Below are positions 28,913-39,024 of a stretch of DNA of 64,000 nucleotides, in pieces. The stretch is from Bryobacterales bacterium (GTDB lineage Bacteria; Acidobacteriota; Terriglobia; Bryobacterales; Bryobacteraceae), in the NCBI GenBank assembly GCA_963761265.1, contig CAVXGM010000027.1:1138-65137 (forward strand). Direction: 5' to 3'. The notes beneath the pieces are model-generated. The model did no database searches, was not told where the DNA came from, and was given only the letters and a program-made list of their open reading frames with translations. Position 1 is the stretch's first letter, and every line of letters begins with the position of its first letter. The translations under genes and the position numbers were made by a program.

Positions 28913-31079
28913 ATGCAACTGAGTAAGAAGCTGCTCCACACATTCCTTCCCGCCGCGTTAGGCGCAATGGCCCTGCCCGTGCAAGCGCAGAGGGCGGTCC
29001 AAGTTACGGCCGGCCAATCGGCGTACGTCCAAAATTGCGCCGGATGCCACGGCTCGAATCTGGACGACGGCCAATTCGCGCCGCCCGTGAAAGGCACGGC
29101 CTTCACGGCGCAATGGGGCGGCAAGAGTGTCGGCGATCTGTTCAGCTTACATCAGCACCAAGATGCCGCCCAGCAACGCGGGCGCACTGGGCGATCCAAC
29201 GTATCTTGAAATCACCGCTTTCCTTCTTCAGTCCAACGGCGTCGCGCCCGGCGCAACTGCGCTCACTTCCGATGCCGGCGCGCTGGCTGCGATGAAGATC
29301 CCCGGCGGCGCTCCAGCCACCGGCGCTAATCGCAGCGGCGGTGCGCGCGCTCGCCCGTCGCCCGGCGGCGGCCTGTCGCCCTACGCCAGCCTGATCCCCG
29401 CGCCGCCTGAGCCGAATCCGCTCGATAAACTCACTCCCGTCACGGACGCGCTGTTGCAAAATCCGCCGGCCGGCGAGTGGCTCACCTGGCGCCGCACCTA
29501 CGATGACCAGGGCTTCAGCCCGCTGAAGCAGATCAATAAGTCGAACGTCGGCCAATTGCGCTCCGTCTGGACCTGGTCGCTATTTCCGGGCGCCAACGAA
29601 AACACGCCGCTGGTCCACGATGGCGTCATCTTCGTGCATAGCTCGGGCGATCACGTCCAGGCTCTGAACGCCGTCACGGGCGATCTGCTGTGGGAATATT
29701 CGCGCGAACTACCCACGCCCAAAACGGGCTTCCTCAATCTGGTGAAGCGCGACATCGCGATCTACGGCAACCATATCCTGATGGAAACATCGGACCTGCA
29801 CGTGGTGGCGCTCGACATGAAAACCGGCGAGGTGGCCTGGGATCACGAGGTGGTGGATCGCGACAAGAATCCGAGCGTCATGATGACCGGCGGCCCGCTG
29901 GTGGCCAAGGGCAAGGTGATGGTGGGAACCGTCGGCCAGACTCCGGGCGGCAACATGATCGTCGCGCTGGATGCCAATACCGGCAAGGAAGCCTGGCGCT
30001 TCTACACCATCGCGCGGCCCGGCGAGCCCGGCGGCAATAGCTGGAACGGCCTGCCGCTCGAAAAGCGCAACGGCGCTTCGGTGTGGACCGCCGGCAGCTA
30101 CGATCCGGCGCTGAATTTGGTGTTCTTCGGAGCCGCGCAGACCTACGACACCGGCCCGCTGGTGCATCCGTCCAAGGAACCCGGCGTCACCAACGACGGC
30201 TCTGTACACGGACACCACGCTCGCGTTCAATCCCGACACCGGCAAACTGGTCTGGCATTTCCAGCACGTGCCGAACGATCAGTGGGATCTGGATTGGGCT
30301 TTCGAGCGCCAGTTGGTCAATCTGCCCGTCAAGGGCGAGACCAAGCGCGTGGTGGTGACATCCGGCAAGGAGGCGTATCTACGATGCGCTGGACGCGGCC
30401 ACCGGCAAATACGATTTTTCGATGGATCTGGGCCTGCAAAACGTGATTGACATCGATGGATCCGGTGACCGGCGCCAAAACAATTAACCATAAAGTTGTC
30501 ATTGGCGACGGCGAGACCAAAACCGTGTGCCCGCACGCCGGCGGCGCCAAGAGCTGGATTCCGGCGTCGCTGAATCCGGCGACCAAGATTCTCTATGTGC
30601 CATTGGTGGAGTCCTGCATGGATCTGATCCCGGTGGCTCCCGGCGAGCGCGGCGGCCTTTCTTCCGGCGTGCGCTTCACCATCCGGCCGCGGCTGGATGG
30701 CGACGGCAAGTATGGCCGCGTGGAAGCCATCAATCTGGAAACGCGCAAAGTGGTTTGGACCGATCGGCAGCGCGCGCCGCAAACCACGGGCGTGCTCGCC
30801 ACCGCGGGCGGCGTCGTTTTTGCCGGATCGCTGGACCGCTATTTTCGCGCGTACGATGAAGCCACCGGCAAGGTGCTTTGGGAAACGCGGTTGAACGACG
30901 TGCCGAGTTCCTGCCCAATCACCTACAGCGTCAATGGCAAGCAGTACGTTGCGATGGTGGTAGGCAACGGCGGCGCGCAGGCCATCACCTGGCCGCCCTT
31001 GGTGCCGGAGATCAAGAACCCGGACAGCGGCGGCGCCGAGCTGTGGGTGTTCGAGCTGCCCGGCAAAGCATCAAATTAG
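28913..31079 (+). pseudogene. PQQ-dependent dehydrogenase with an N-terminal cytochrome c domain, at least 4 frameshifts
   Basis: CAGCH haem motif, then quinoprotein propeller text spread over ORFs 28913.., 29127.., 30268.. and 30447... Breaks at ~29147, ~30199, ~30378 and ~30455. Confidence 0.75.
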
Positions 31080-31091
31080 CCTGATGCAACC

Positions 31092-31523
31092 ATGGATAGC
31101 GCGAAGCGAGGGGGACTTATTAAACGGATCAAGATGCGCGGTTTGCCCTCGCCCGATCGGCCGTTGCCATTGGTGGCGATCGAGGAATTCTTCGTTGGAA
31201 ACGGCGACTACGGGTCAATCGGCTGCAACCTCGTGCCGATGCTGGGCCCCCAGTTCTTTTTTGAGGAGCTAAAGCTGATCCGCTCACGACCGAACGTTCA
31301 GAATTTGCTCGTGGAGGGAAGCGAGGTCGAAGAAGAAGACTTGGCCGCTTGGCCCTTCGCCGACCGTGTTTACATATTCACAGATGGAAAACTGGACGAC
31401 GTTGCACGTTGGACTTTGCCTCTTCAGGCCGACCTAGTCGAGGAAGGGTTTGGTAATGGAAAGCCCGAAGGGGCCCCGGAACTGAAGCCTGGCTACAAAT
31501 GCTACAGCATTTGGTGGGACTAA
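31092..31523 (+). CDS. hypothetical cytoplasmic protein (orphan, immunity-protein-like in feel)
   Basis: 143 aa, acidic, no signal peptide, ends ...YSIWWD. 52% GC in the one 60-nt line counted, lower than the flanking PQQ genes. No motif recognised. Confidence 0.45.
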   Translation: MDSAKRGGLIKRIKMRGLPSPDRPLPLVAIEEFFVGNGDYGSIGCNLVPMLGPQFFFEELKLIRSRPNVQNLLVEGSEVEEEDLAAWPFADRVYIFTDGKLDDVARWTLPLQADLVEEGFGNGKPEGAPELKPGYKCYSIWWD

Positions 31524-31570
31524 TGAACACAGCTTGGTGGAGCGAAAACGTTTTAACCGACAGAAGGCAA

Positions 31571-33343
31571 ATGAGCAATACAATCCTCGTGGCGATTGTC
31601 CTTCTCGCCGCCATCGCACCCGCGCGCTCCCAGGTGGTTCAAAACTTTGTGCCGGTCACGCCTGAAATGCTTCTTCACCCGGCCCCGGGCGATTGGCTGA
31701 TGTTCAGCCGCACTTACGATGCGCAGCGCTTCAGCCCGCTCCAGCAGATCAACAAGAGCAACGTCGCCACGCTGCGGCTGGCCTGGGCGCGCGGCATGAC
31801 GCCCGGCCAAACCGAAAGCATCCCGCTGGTGCACGATGGCGTGATGTACGTCATCAGTCCCGGCGCGATCGTCCAGGCGCTGGACGGCGCCACCGGCGAT
31901 CTGATCTGGGAGTACAAGCGCAAAGTTCCCGCGGGAGTGGCCGGCATCGCGCGTCCCAAGGCGCTAGCTATTTATCAGGACGTCGTGCTCTACACCGCAC
32001 CCGATAGTTACGTGGTTGGCCTGGACGCGCGCACGGGCGAGCTGCGCTGGCAGACCAAAGCGGATGAGCGCGGCCACACCTCCGGACCGATCGTCGTGAA
32101 CGGCAAGGTGATCACGGCCGGAACCTGCGTGGGCGGTTTGCGCGCGAATTGCTACATCGCCGCGCACGATGCGATCACGGGCAAGGAAATCTGGCGCTTT
32201 TATACGACGCAGGACGATAAAGATCCAGCCGGCGATTCCTGGCACGGCGCTCCGGTGGACAAGCGCGTGGCGTCCACCTGGGCACTGCCGGGCTCTTACG
32301 ATCCGGTGCGCAACCTGCTTTATTGGGGCATCGCGAATCCCACGCCCAATACGCGCGCCGATCGCCACGGCGGCAATGCCGATGGAACCGGACGCTCCGC
32401 GCCGGCCGATCTCTACAGCAATTCCACGGTGGCGCTCAATCCCGATACCGGCAAATTGGTTTGGTATTACCAGCATCTGCCCGGCGACGATTGGGACATG
32501 GACATCAACGAAGAGCGCACGTTGATCCGAACCGCCGTCAGTCCCGATCCGAAGTTTGTGAAGTGGATCAATCCCGATATTCCGCGCGGCCAGGTGCGCG
32601 ACATCTCGGTCAACGTCGGCGAAGGCGGCGGCCTGTGGGCGCTCGATCGCGGTACTGGCCAGTTTCTGTGGGCATTGCCTTTTCCATTTGACACGCCCAA
32701 CTTCATTCTCTCGAAGATCGACGTGAAGACCGGCAAGACCTACATCAATTGGGATCTGGTGGCGAAGCACCCCGGCGATCACCATGTGATCTGCTACCTG
32801 AACACGCGCAGCTATTGGCCCACCGCGTACAATCCCGAGAACAACTCGCTCTACGTTCCTTATTTAGACACGTGCCTGGACATGACGTCGGCAGTACCAG
32901 CGGGCACTCCCGGCCAGCCCGAAGCGCGCGAGAAACGTTTTGGCGTTCCGCGGCCAGGGTCCGATCCGAACGCTCGCGTCGGCCTGGCGAAGATCAATAT
33001 GTCCACCGGCGAGATTCAACGCTTCAGCACCGGGACACACGCCACCAGCACGGGCGCCGCGTTGGCCACTGCCGGCGGTTTGGTTTTCTGGGGCGACCTC
33101 AACAGGCGCCTGCGCGCTTTCGACGCCGATAGCGGCAAAATATTGTGGGAGCAAATTGTCGGCGGCCCGATTTCGGTGAGCACCATCACTTACGCGGTGA
33201 AAGGCAAGCAGTACATCTGCGTGATGACCGGCGACAATCTTGCCGTGCCCGGCCTGCTGGGCGACACCAACTTCGCCGGCGTCACGCCCGAGTTCAAGGT
33301 CCCGCGCGGCCACAACGCGATTTACGTGTTCACGCTTCCGTAA
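31571..33343 (+). CDS. PQQ-dependent (quinoprotein) dehydrogenase, intact
   Basis: Signal peptide from the ATG at 31571. Propeller text parallels the genes at 1206 and 28913 (LRLAWARGM, PLVHDGVMYV, DWDMD, YAVKGKQY). Confidence 0.85.
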   Translation: MSNTILVAIVLLAAIAPARSQVVQNFVPVTPEMLLHPAPGDWLMFSRTYDAQRFSPLQQINKSNVATLRLAWARGMTPGQTESIPLVHDGVMYVISPGAIVQALDGATGDLIWEYKRKVPAGVAGIARPKALAIYQDVVLYTAPDSYVVGLDARTGELRWQTKADERGHTSGPIVVNGKVITAGTCVGGLRANCYIAAHDAITGKEIWRFYTTQDDKDPAGDSWHGAPVDKRVASTWALPGSYDPVRNLLYWGIANPTPNTRADRHGGNADGTGRSAPADLYSNSTVALNPDTGKLVWYYQHLPGDDWDMDINEERTLIRTAVSPDPKFVKWINPDIPRGQVRDISVNVGEGGGLWALDRGTGQFLWALPFPFDTPNFILSKIDVKTGKTYINWDLVAKHPGDHHVICYLNTRSYWPTAYNPENNSLYVPYLDTCLDMTSAVPAGTPGQPEAREKRFGVPRPGSDPNARVGLAKINMSTGEIQRFSTGTHATSTGAALATAGGLVFWGDLNRRLRAFDADSGKILWEQIVGGPISVSTITYAVKGKQYICVMTGDNLAVPGLLGDTNFAGVTPEFKVPRGHNAIYVFTLP

Positions 33344-33362
33344 GTCCGATCGGTGACGTATC

Positions 33363-34199
33363 ATGTACCAGATGCGAGTCCACGCTTCCTGGATCCTGCT
33401 CATCGCCGGCGCGCCGTTATGCGCGCAATGGCTGCATAACGCCACGCCCGGGACGCCGCGAACGCCTGATGGAAAGCCGAACCTGTCCGCGCCCGCGCCT
33501 CGCGCCTCCAACGGCAAGCCCGACCTGACCGGCATCTGGCAGGCTGAACCCACGCCCATCGAAGAACTGATGCGGATGCTTCCGGGCGGCGTCAGCGCAC
33601 TGGGAGAGGGGCCGCCGTCCAAGTACTTCGTCAATATCCTGGCCGATTTCAAACCCGAAAATGCGCCGCTGCTGCCGGCGGCCGCCGAGGCATACCGGCA
33701 GCACCTGCAATCCTTCGGAAAAGATTTCCAGACCTCGCGCTGTTTGCCGGCCGGCGTTCCGGCCGCCACGCTCCTGCCCATTCCATTCAAAGTGATTCAA
33801 ACGCCGCGTGAGATTGTCATGCTGTATGAAGCCGACACCACGTTCCGCCAGATCTTCACGGACGGAAGAAAGCTGCCCGATGATCCGCAGCCGGCGTGGC
33901 TCGGCTATTCCGTTGGCAAATGGGATGGCGACTGGATGACGGTCGACAGCGCCGGATTCAACGATAAAGCGTGGCTGGACGCGTTCGGACACATTCACAG
34001 CGATGCGTTGCATGTTACCGAACGTTTTCATCGCCGCGACTTCGGCCACATGGATGTGGAAGTACGGCTCGACGATCCGAAGACCTTTACTCAGCCGGTT
34101 GCCGTCCGATTCAAACTGGACTTGATCCCCGACACAGAGTTGCTGGAAACATTCTGCGCGGAAAGCGAGAAAGACCAAGCTCACCTGCCGCCACACTAG
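33363..34199 (+). CDS. secreted conserved hypothetical protein, paralog A
   Basis: Signal peptide. Shared blocks GKPDL.GIW, TRCLPAGVP, RQIFTDGRK.PDDPQP.WLGYSVGKW.GDW. Confidence 0.65.
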   Translation: MYQMRVHASWILLIAGAPLCAQWLHNATPGTPRTPDGKPNLSAPAPRASNGKPDLTGIWQAEPTPIEELMRMLPGGVSALGEGPPSKYFVNILADFKPENAPLLPAAAEAYRQHLQSFGKDFQTSRCLPAGVPAATLLPIPFKVIQTPREIVMLYEADTTFRQIFTDGRKLPDDPQPAWLGYSVGKWDGDWMTVDSAGFNDKAWLDAFGHIHSDALHVTERFHRRDFGHMDVEVRLDDPKTFTQPVAVRFKLDLIPDTELLETFCAESEKDQAHLPPH

Positions 34200-34215
34200 A
34201 CGAAGGAAACACAGC

Positions 34216-35049
34216 ATGCGAGTAAACCACATCTGGATTCTGATGCTAATCGCCAGCGTGGCGCCATGTGCTCAGGGCCAATGGCTGCACTTGCCTTTGC
34301 CGGATACTCCGCGCACGCTCGATGGCAAACCCAATCTTTCCGCACCCGCGCCGCGTACCTCCAACGGCAAGCCCGACCTGTCGGGAATCTGGATGGCGGA
34401 AAGTTCGCCCATCCCGGAATTGATTGGGCTGTTGCCCGGCGGCGTCAATGGATTGGGAGAATCCATCCCGTCCAAGTACTTCCTGGACATCCTGGCCGAT
34501 TTCAAACGGAGCGAGGAACCGCTTCTCCCCGAGGCGGCCGCTGCCTTTCGTCAAAACTTATCCAGACCCGGGAATGCGCCCATCACGCGCTGCCTTCCGG
34601 CAGGCGTTCCCGCGGGCGACCTGGTTCCCAGTCCTTTTAAATTGATTCAAACGCCCGGCGTGGTCGTGATGTTGTCGGAACTCGACAACTCCTTCCGGCA
34701 AATCTTCACCGACGGCAGGAAACAGCCGGACGATCCGCAGCCATCCTGGCTGGGGTATTCGGTCGGAAAGTGGGAGGGCGATTGGCTGGTGGTCGACACC
34801 ATCGGATTGAACGACCAGGGCTGGCTGGACGCTTCCGGGCACACCCACAGCGACGCACTGCGAGTGACCGAGCGTTTTCACCGGCGCGACTTCGGCCACA
34901 TGGAAGTGGAACTTCGTCTGGACGATCCGAAGACTTTCACCGAGCCAGTGACCATTCGTTTCACTGAGGAACTCAGCCCCGATACCGAGCTGATCGAATC
35001 CTTCTGCCCGGAAGGCGAGCAAGACTTCGCGCACATGCTTGCCAAGTGA
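34216..35049 (+). CDS. secreted conserved hypothetical protein, paralog B
   Basis: Colinear with paralog A along its whole length. 16-nt spacer between them. Confidence 0.65.
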   Translation: MRVNHIWILMLIASVAPCAQGQWLHLPLPDTPRTLDGKPNLSAPAPRTSNGKPDLSGIWMAESSPIPELIGLLPGGVNGLGESIPSKYFLDILADFKRSEEPLLPEAAAAFRQNLSRPGNAPITRCLPAGVPAGDLVPSPFKLIQTPGVVVMLSELDNSFRQIFTDGRKQPDDPQPSWLGYSVGKWEGDWLVVDTIGLNDQGWLDASGHTHSDALRVTERFHRRDFGHMEVELRLDDPKTFTEPVTIRFTEELSPDTELIESFCPEGEQDFAHMLAK

Positions 35050-35463
35050 TCAAAGGCGCTTCTTGATCACTTCCACCACGCCCGCGTCTCCGTCGACCTT
35101 CACCCAATCGCCGGTCTCGATCACGCTCAGCGGATCCTGATCCAACTCTGTTACCGCCGGCACTCGCGTGACCACCGCGCCCAGCGCGATCTTGGTGGTC
35201 ATCTGATTGAAGATCATCGCGAGTGGCGCCGACTTGGTCAGCCGCGTCATATGAAACGCGTTCGACCAACCGGACGACCCCTTCGCGCCGGGAAAGACCA
35301 GCACCTTGTCCTTGAAGCTCTGCCCGCGCAGCTCATGCCGTGTCTCGATCACGGTTCCGGTCATGGGATCGATGCCGCCCCAGCCCGATATCGTTTCGCG
35401 CGTTACCAGCGCCTCCCCCTCCGCGCAACCGCCGACGATACCGCGCCCGTGCAGCACAATCAT
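35050..35463 (-). CDS. aconitase X small (swivel, DUF126) subunit
   Basis: GEALV..E.ISGWGGIDP.TG.V....H...G.S....VLVFP.AKGSSG text. The ATG at 35463 overlaps the large-subunit stop (ATGA). Confidence 0.8.
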   Translation of the reverse strand: MIVLHGRGIVGGCAEGEALVTRETISGWGGIDPMTGTVIETRHELRGQSFKDKVLVFPGAKGSSGWSNAFHMTRLTKSAPLAMIFNQMTTKIALGAVVTRVPAVTELDQDPLSVIETGDWVKVDGDAGVVEVIKKRL

Positions 35464-36746
35464 CGCAGCTCTCCGGTCCAACGCCCCGTGAGCGCCGCGC
35501 GGATGCAATCTTCCGTTGTTCCGAACCACGCGCCCACGTTGACCATCGCCGGCAGGTAGTGAGTCTGCTTCGCCGAATCCAGCGCAACTACTTTCGTGCC
35601 CTTAGGCACCGCGCGCGCGATCGCCGAGCAGGTGTCGGTCATCACCAGTCCGCCCGCATCTTCGATCTTCCTGGTGAATCCGCTCATATCCGCCACCGTC
35701 TTCACGGCGCGCGACGTGAACATCCACAGGTGCGTCTTGATCCGCTGGCCATCCAGCAACCGCGCCACTTCACGAAATTGGTCGATGGATGCGTGCGGGC
35801 ACCCCAGCATCACATAATCCACGGTTCGATCGCGGCCGGTAGCGTTCAGCGTTTCGTAGACGCGCCGCCGTTCCTCCGCGCCATACTTGATGGTCGCAAC
35901 CGGCTTGCGTCCTCCGAGCGCGATTTCCAGACTCGCCGCCTCCGGGGTCACGCCGACGATGTGATACATCTCCACGCCGCCCGACGATGCCGCGGCAGCG
36001 CCGAAATGTTTGTGGCGCAGCGGATCGGCCTGGCGGATGGCGCCCGTCAAAACAGGAATGTCTTCCTCCACAATGCCGCCGATGAAATAGCCCAGCATCC
36101 CCCAATCCATTACACTTTCCACCGGCGTCTCCACTTCGATCAGGTGCGTGGCGTGCCGAAACTCATCGCGATGGAAACCCCAGTCGGGAATTTTGCCCGT
36201 GAGCATCGCGGCGCTGGTGCTCTCGCGGCCCTCCGTATTGGTGCGCGCTCCGATCACCGAATTGCAGTACACCACGGCGGACGATTCCATCCACGCGCAA
36301 TGCTCGCCCTGCACCGGCAAGTTGCCCGCGAGATACGGTGTGCACGTCTTCATGATCCGGACTCCGTGCCGCGCCAGCTCCGCTTCGTCTTCGCGCTGGT
36401 GTTGCATCGCTTCCGGGGTCATGCCTTGCTCCACCCAATGATTCAGATCCATACCGCCCTGAAGATGGCAGCAATTTCCGCTCACGCCGGGGACAGACAT
36501 CACCTCCGCGGCATCCAGATCATACAGCGAAAAAACGGCTTCGAAGCTTCCGTCGCCCTTGTGTTCTTCGAAGTACTTTTGCAGAAAGAGCGTGGAAGAT
36601 CCGGGCACGCCCGCAATGTTGTTGGTATCGACGAACCGCTCGGCTCCTAGCGCCTTGGCGTAGCGCAGCAACAACTCCATCGCTTTTTGTTTGGCGACGC
36701 CGCCGGCGCCATCCAGCATGGCTTTTTCGTCGTCTGCCAGGAACAT
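35460..36746 (-). CDS. aconitase X catalytic (DUF521) subunit
   Basis: N-terminal MFLADDEKAMLDG..G.A...AM..L and C-rich catalytic text (GCPHAS, TDTCS) typical of DUF521. Confidence 0.85.
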   Translation of the reverse strand: MFLADDEKAMLDGAGGVAKQKAMELLLRYAKALGAERFVDTNNIAGVPGSSTLFLQKYFEEHKGDGSFEAVFSLYDLDAAEVMSVPGVSGNCCHLQGGMDLNHWVEQGMTPEAMQHQREDEAELARHGVRIMKTCTPYLAGNLPVQGEHCAWMESSAVVYCNSVIGARTNTEGRESTSAAMLTGKIPDWGFHRDEFRHATHLIEVETPVESVMDWGMLGYFIGGIVEEDIPVLTGAIRQADPLRHKHFGAAAASSGGVEMYHIVGVTPEAASLEIALGGRKPVATIKYGAEERRRVYETLNATGRDRTVDYVMLGCPHASIDQFREVARLLDGQRIKTHLWMFTSRAVKTVADMSGFTRKIEDAGGLVMTDTCSAIARAVPKGTKVVALDSAKQTHYLPAMVNVGAWFGTTEDCIRAALTGRWTGELR

Positions 36747-36758
36747 CGCTTGGATTTG

Positions 36759-36989
36759 TTAACCGCGCTCTTCGATGTGCTTCAGGCGCGCATCGAGCAC
36801 TTCTTCCACGCGCCGGAGCTCGGCACGCCACAGATCGCGCATGTCGTCGAAGCGCCGGTCGATTCCGTCGAATCTCGAGTCCACCTTGCCAAACCTGGCG
36901 TTGATATAGGCGATGACAAGCCCAATCAAGGTGGCATTGAACAGCATGGGAATGCCGATCACGATATAAAGCTGTTCGTTGGTCACCAA
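36759..36989 (-). CDS. small N-terminal-TM protein with an RFD heptad region, copy A (76 aa)
   Basis: TTG/GTG start. TM helix LYIVIGIPMLFNATLIGLVIAYI, then SRFDGIDRRFDDMRDLWRAELRRVEEVLDARLKHIEERG. Confidence 0.55.
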   Translation of the reverse strand: MVTNEQLYIVIGIPMLFNATLIGLVIAYINARFGKVDSRFDGIDRRFDDMRDLWRAELRRVEEVLDARLKHIEERG

Positions 36990-37029
36990 GAGAAGTGGAC
37001 CCCGCCTGGCACTATTCTCTCACACGGCG

Positions 37030-37335
37030 TCAGCCGCGCTCTTCGATGTGCTTTAGCCGTGCATCCAGCACTTCTTCCACGCGCCGGAGCTCGGCTCGCC
37101 ACAGATCGCGCATGTCGTCAAAGCGACGGTCGATGGCATCGAAACGGGCGTTTACAGCATCAAAACGGGCGTTTACAGCATCAAAACGCGAGTTGACGCT
37201 ATCGAAAGCCCCGTCGAATTTGGATTCCACTCTGCCAATCTTGGCGTTGATATAGGCGATGACAAGCCCAATCAAAGTGGCATTAAACAGCATCGGAATG
37301 CCGATCACGATATAAAGCTGTTCGTTGGTCACCAA
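37030..37335 (-). CDS. small N-terminal-TM protein with an RFD heptad region, copy B (101 aa, expanded repeats)
   Basis: Same N- and C-termini as copy A. The middle reads KFDGAFDSVNSRFDAVNARFDAVNARFDAIDRRFDD, encoded by 21-bp repeat units at 37146-37229. Confidence 0.55.
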   Translation of the reverse strand: MVTNEQLYIVIGIPMLFNATLIGLVIAYINAKIGRVESKFDGAFDSVNSRFDAVNARFDAVNARFDAIDRRFDDMRDLWRAELRRVEEVLDARLKHIEERG

Positions 37336-37375
37336 GAGAAGTGGACCCCGCCTGGCACTATTCTCTCACACGGCG

Positions 37376-37627
37376 TCAGCCGCGCTCTTCGATGTGCTTT
37401 AGCCGTGCATCCAGCACTTCTTCCACTCGCCGGAGCTCGGCACGCCATAGATCGCGCATGTCGTCAAAGCGCCGGTCGATACCGTCGAAGCGCCTATCGA
37501 TACCATCGAATTTCGATTCCACTCTGCCAATCTTAGCGTTGATATAGGCTATGACAAGCCCGATCAAGGTGGCGTTAAACAGCATCGGAATGCCAATCAC
37601 GATATAAAGCTGTTCGTTGGTCACCAA
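37376..37627 (-). CDS. small N-terminal-TM protein with an RFD heptad region, copy C (83 aa)
   Basis: By homology with copies A and B, the start is the TTG at 37627; the track ORF runs on to 37669. The middle reads KFDGIDRRFDGIDRRFDD. Confidence 0.5.
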   Translation of the reverse strand: MVTNEQLYIVIGIPMLFNATLIGLVIAYINAKIGRVESKFDGIDRRFDGIDRRFDDMRDLWRAELRRVEEVLDARLKHIEERG

Positions 37628-37665
37628 GAGAAGCGGCCCGCCTGGCACTATTCTCTCACACGCCA

Positions 37666-39024
37666 TCACTCGTCCACGTTCGCCGCCAGCCTCTTCCGTA
37701 GCGCCGCCACATCGATCTCATGCACGCTTCCCCGCCTCGCCAAGTCCAGCGCATGCGCCGCCGCCGCGCCCATCGCGATGCACGGACCCATCACGCGCAC
37801 GCTCGACAACGCCGTCGCATCGCCATCGATGCAACGGCCCGCGGCCACCAGATTATCCACCCCCGGCGGCGTCAAGCTTCCGAGCGGCACATAATGCACG
37901 TGGTCCGCATCGAACGGCTCCCACACGTAGCCCTCGGCATTGTGATGCTGTTCCAGCGGCCAGGCCGTCCGCGCGATGCTGTCGGGAAATTTCACGCCTG
38001 CCCGAACTTCATCCACGTCAGATGATGGCGCCCCACAATCCAACGCGTCTGCCGGATTCCAGGCAGCCCATACGATCGCACGCGCGCCTCGCCGAACGCC
38101 TGCAGGAAATTCCGACCGCAGAAAATTCATGGTCCGGTCGGCCTGCTCCTTGCCTTCCAGCCCGGTCTTCGACGCGCCAAACGGATCCATCGGATTCTCG
38201 ATGTGCGTCATGTTCACCACCGCCGTGGCGCGGCCGGGAAAACTCATCGCAAATCCATCCCGCCGGATCATTCCGTAATGCGCCCCGCGTTCGCGAATAC
38301 GCTCCGACATGTCCGCGCGGCTCGGCTTGTGCGCCTCATCGAAATTCTCGATCACGATCATCTGCGACCCGTAAATCACGCCTTCGGCCGGCTCGCGGCA
38401 CTCCAGGCCGGCCTGCCAAACCACCGCCGCGTCGCCGGTTGCATCCACGAATCCATCGGCGCGAACCAGTCACATCGCCGTAGCGGGTCGCAAATTCCAA
38501 CGCGGTGATCCTGCGGCCCCTCGCGCTCGCACCCCGCGAGAATCGCGCCTACCAGCGGCGTAATCTTCAGCTCCAGCACCTTGCGCTCCACCCAGCGCCC
38601 AAGCGCCACTTCGTCGTAGAGCGCGTTCAACGACACGCCGCCCATCACCACGTGCAGATCGCCGGTTGCGCTCAAATCGCGAATGATATCGTCGGCGATT
38701 CCGTGCGTCAGTTGTTTGCTTTTCGGCGGATTGCCGAAAAGCCCCACGATCATCCCGATGATCGAATTCACCGCTTGGCCGCCCAGCGCGGGCAAGCCGT
38801 CGATCAGGATTACTTTGCGCCCCAAGTCGCGCCGCTTCGATCGCCGCCGAAACGCCCGAGATCCCCGCGCCCACCACGCAGATATCGGCCGAGTGTTCCC
38901 GCAACGCCGGGCCGCCGTTACGCCGCACTACGCGCGTCTCGGGGCGAAAGGGCCTGATCCAGCATTCGCCTACGAACCCATCTTCAGCGCGCTCTTCAGG
39001 AACACAAGCGATCCGCCCACTCAT
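37666..39024 (-). pseudogene. FAD-dependent oxidoreductase (FAD_oxidored family), at least 3 frameshifts
   Basis: ICVVGAGISGVSAAIEAARLG fingerprint, DATGDAAVV and C-terminal text. Spread over ORFs 38470.., 38376.. and 37666.., with breaks at ~38825, ~38515 and ~38468. Confidence 0.7.

Larger units (their letters stand above)
36747..37690 (-). repeat. tandem array of three ~270-345-bp units, each carrying one small gene
   Basis: Near-identical unit ends (CTGTTCGTTGGTCACCAAGAGAAG.GG.CCCGCCTGGCACTATTCTCTCACACG) recur at ~36975-37025, ~37320-37370 and ~37612-37660. The gene bodies align base for base, except for internal 21-bp repeat number. Confidence 0.85.

Noticed and set aside
35340-36650. 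436-aa plus-strand ORF. Similar long antisense ORFs lie at 16555..17661, 17658..18575, 18579..19529, 39056..40210, 44953..46176, 56203..57381 and 60599..61753.
   Set aside because: Each lies opposite a gene with strong family signatures (AcnX, xylB, GH67, prolyl oligopeptidase, ADOP permease, kinase, amidohydrolase) and has no motifs of its own.
36747-37690. A CRISPR-like or non-coding tandem repeat
   Set aside because: The units are 270-345 bp. Each holds a conserved ORF with a TM helix, and the differences are in-frame multiples of 21 bp. It is a gene triplication, not a repeat-spacer array.
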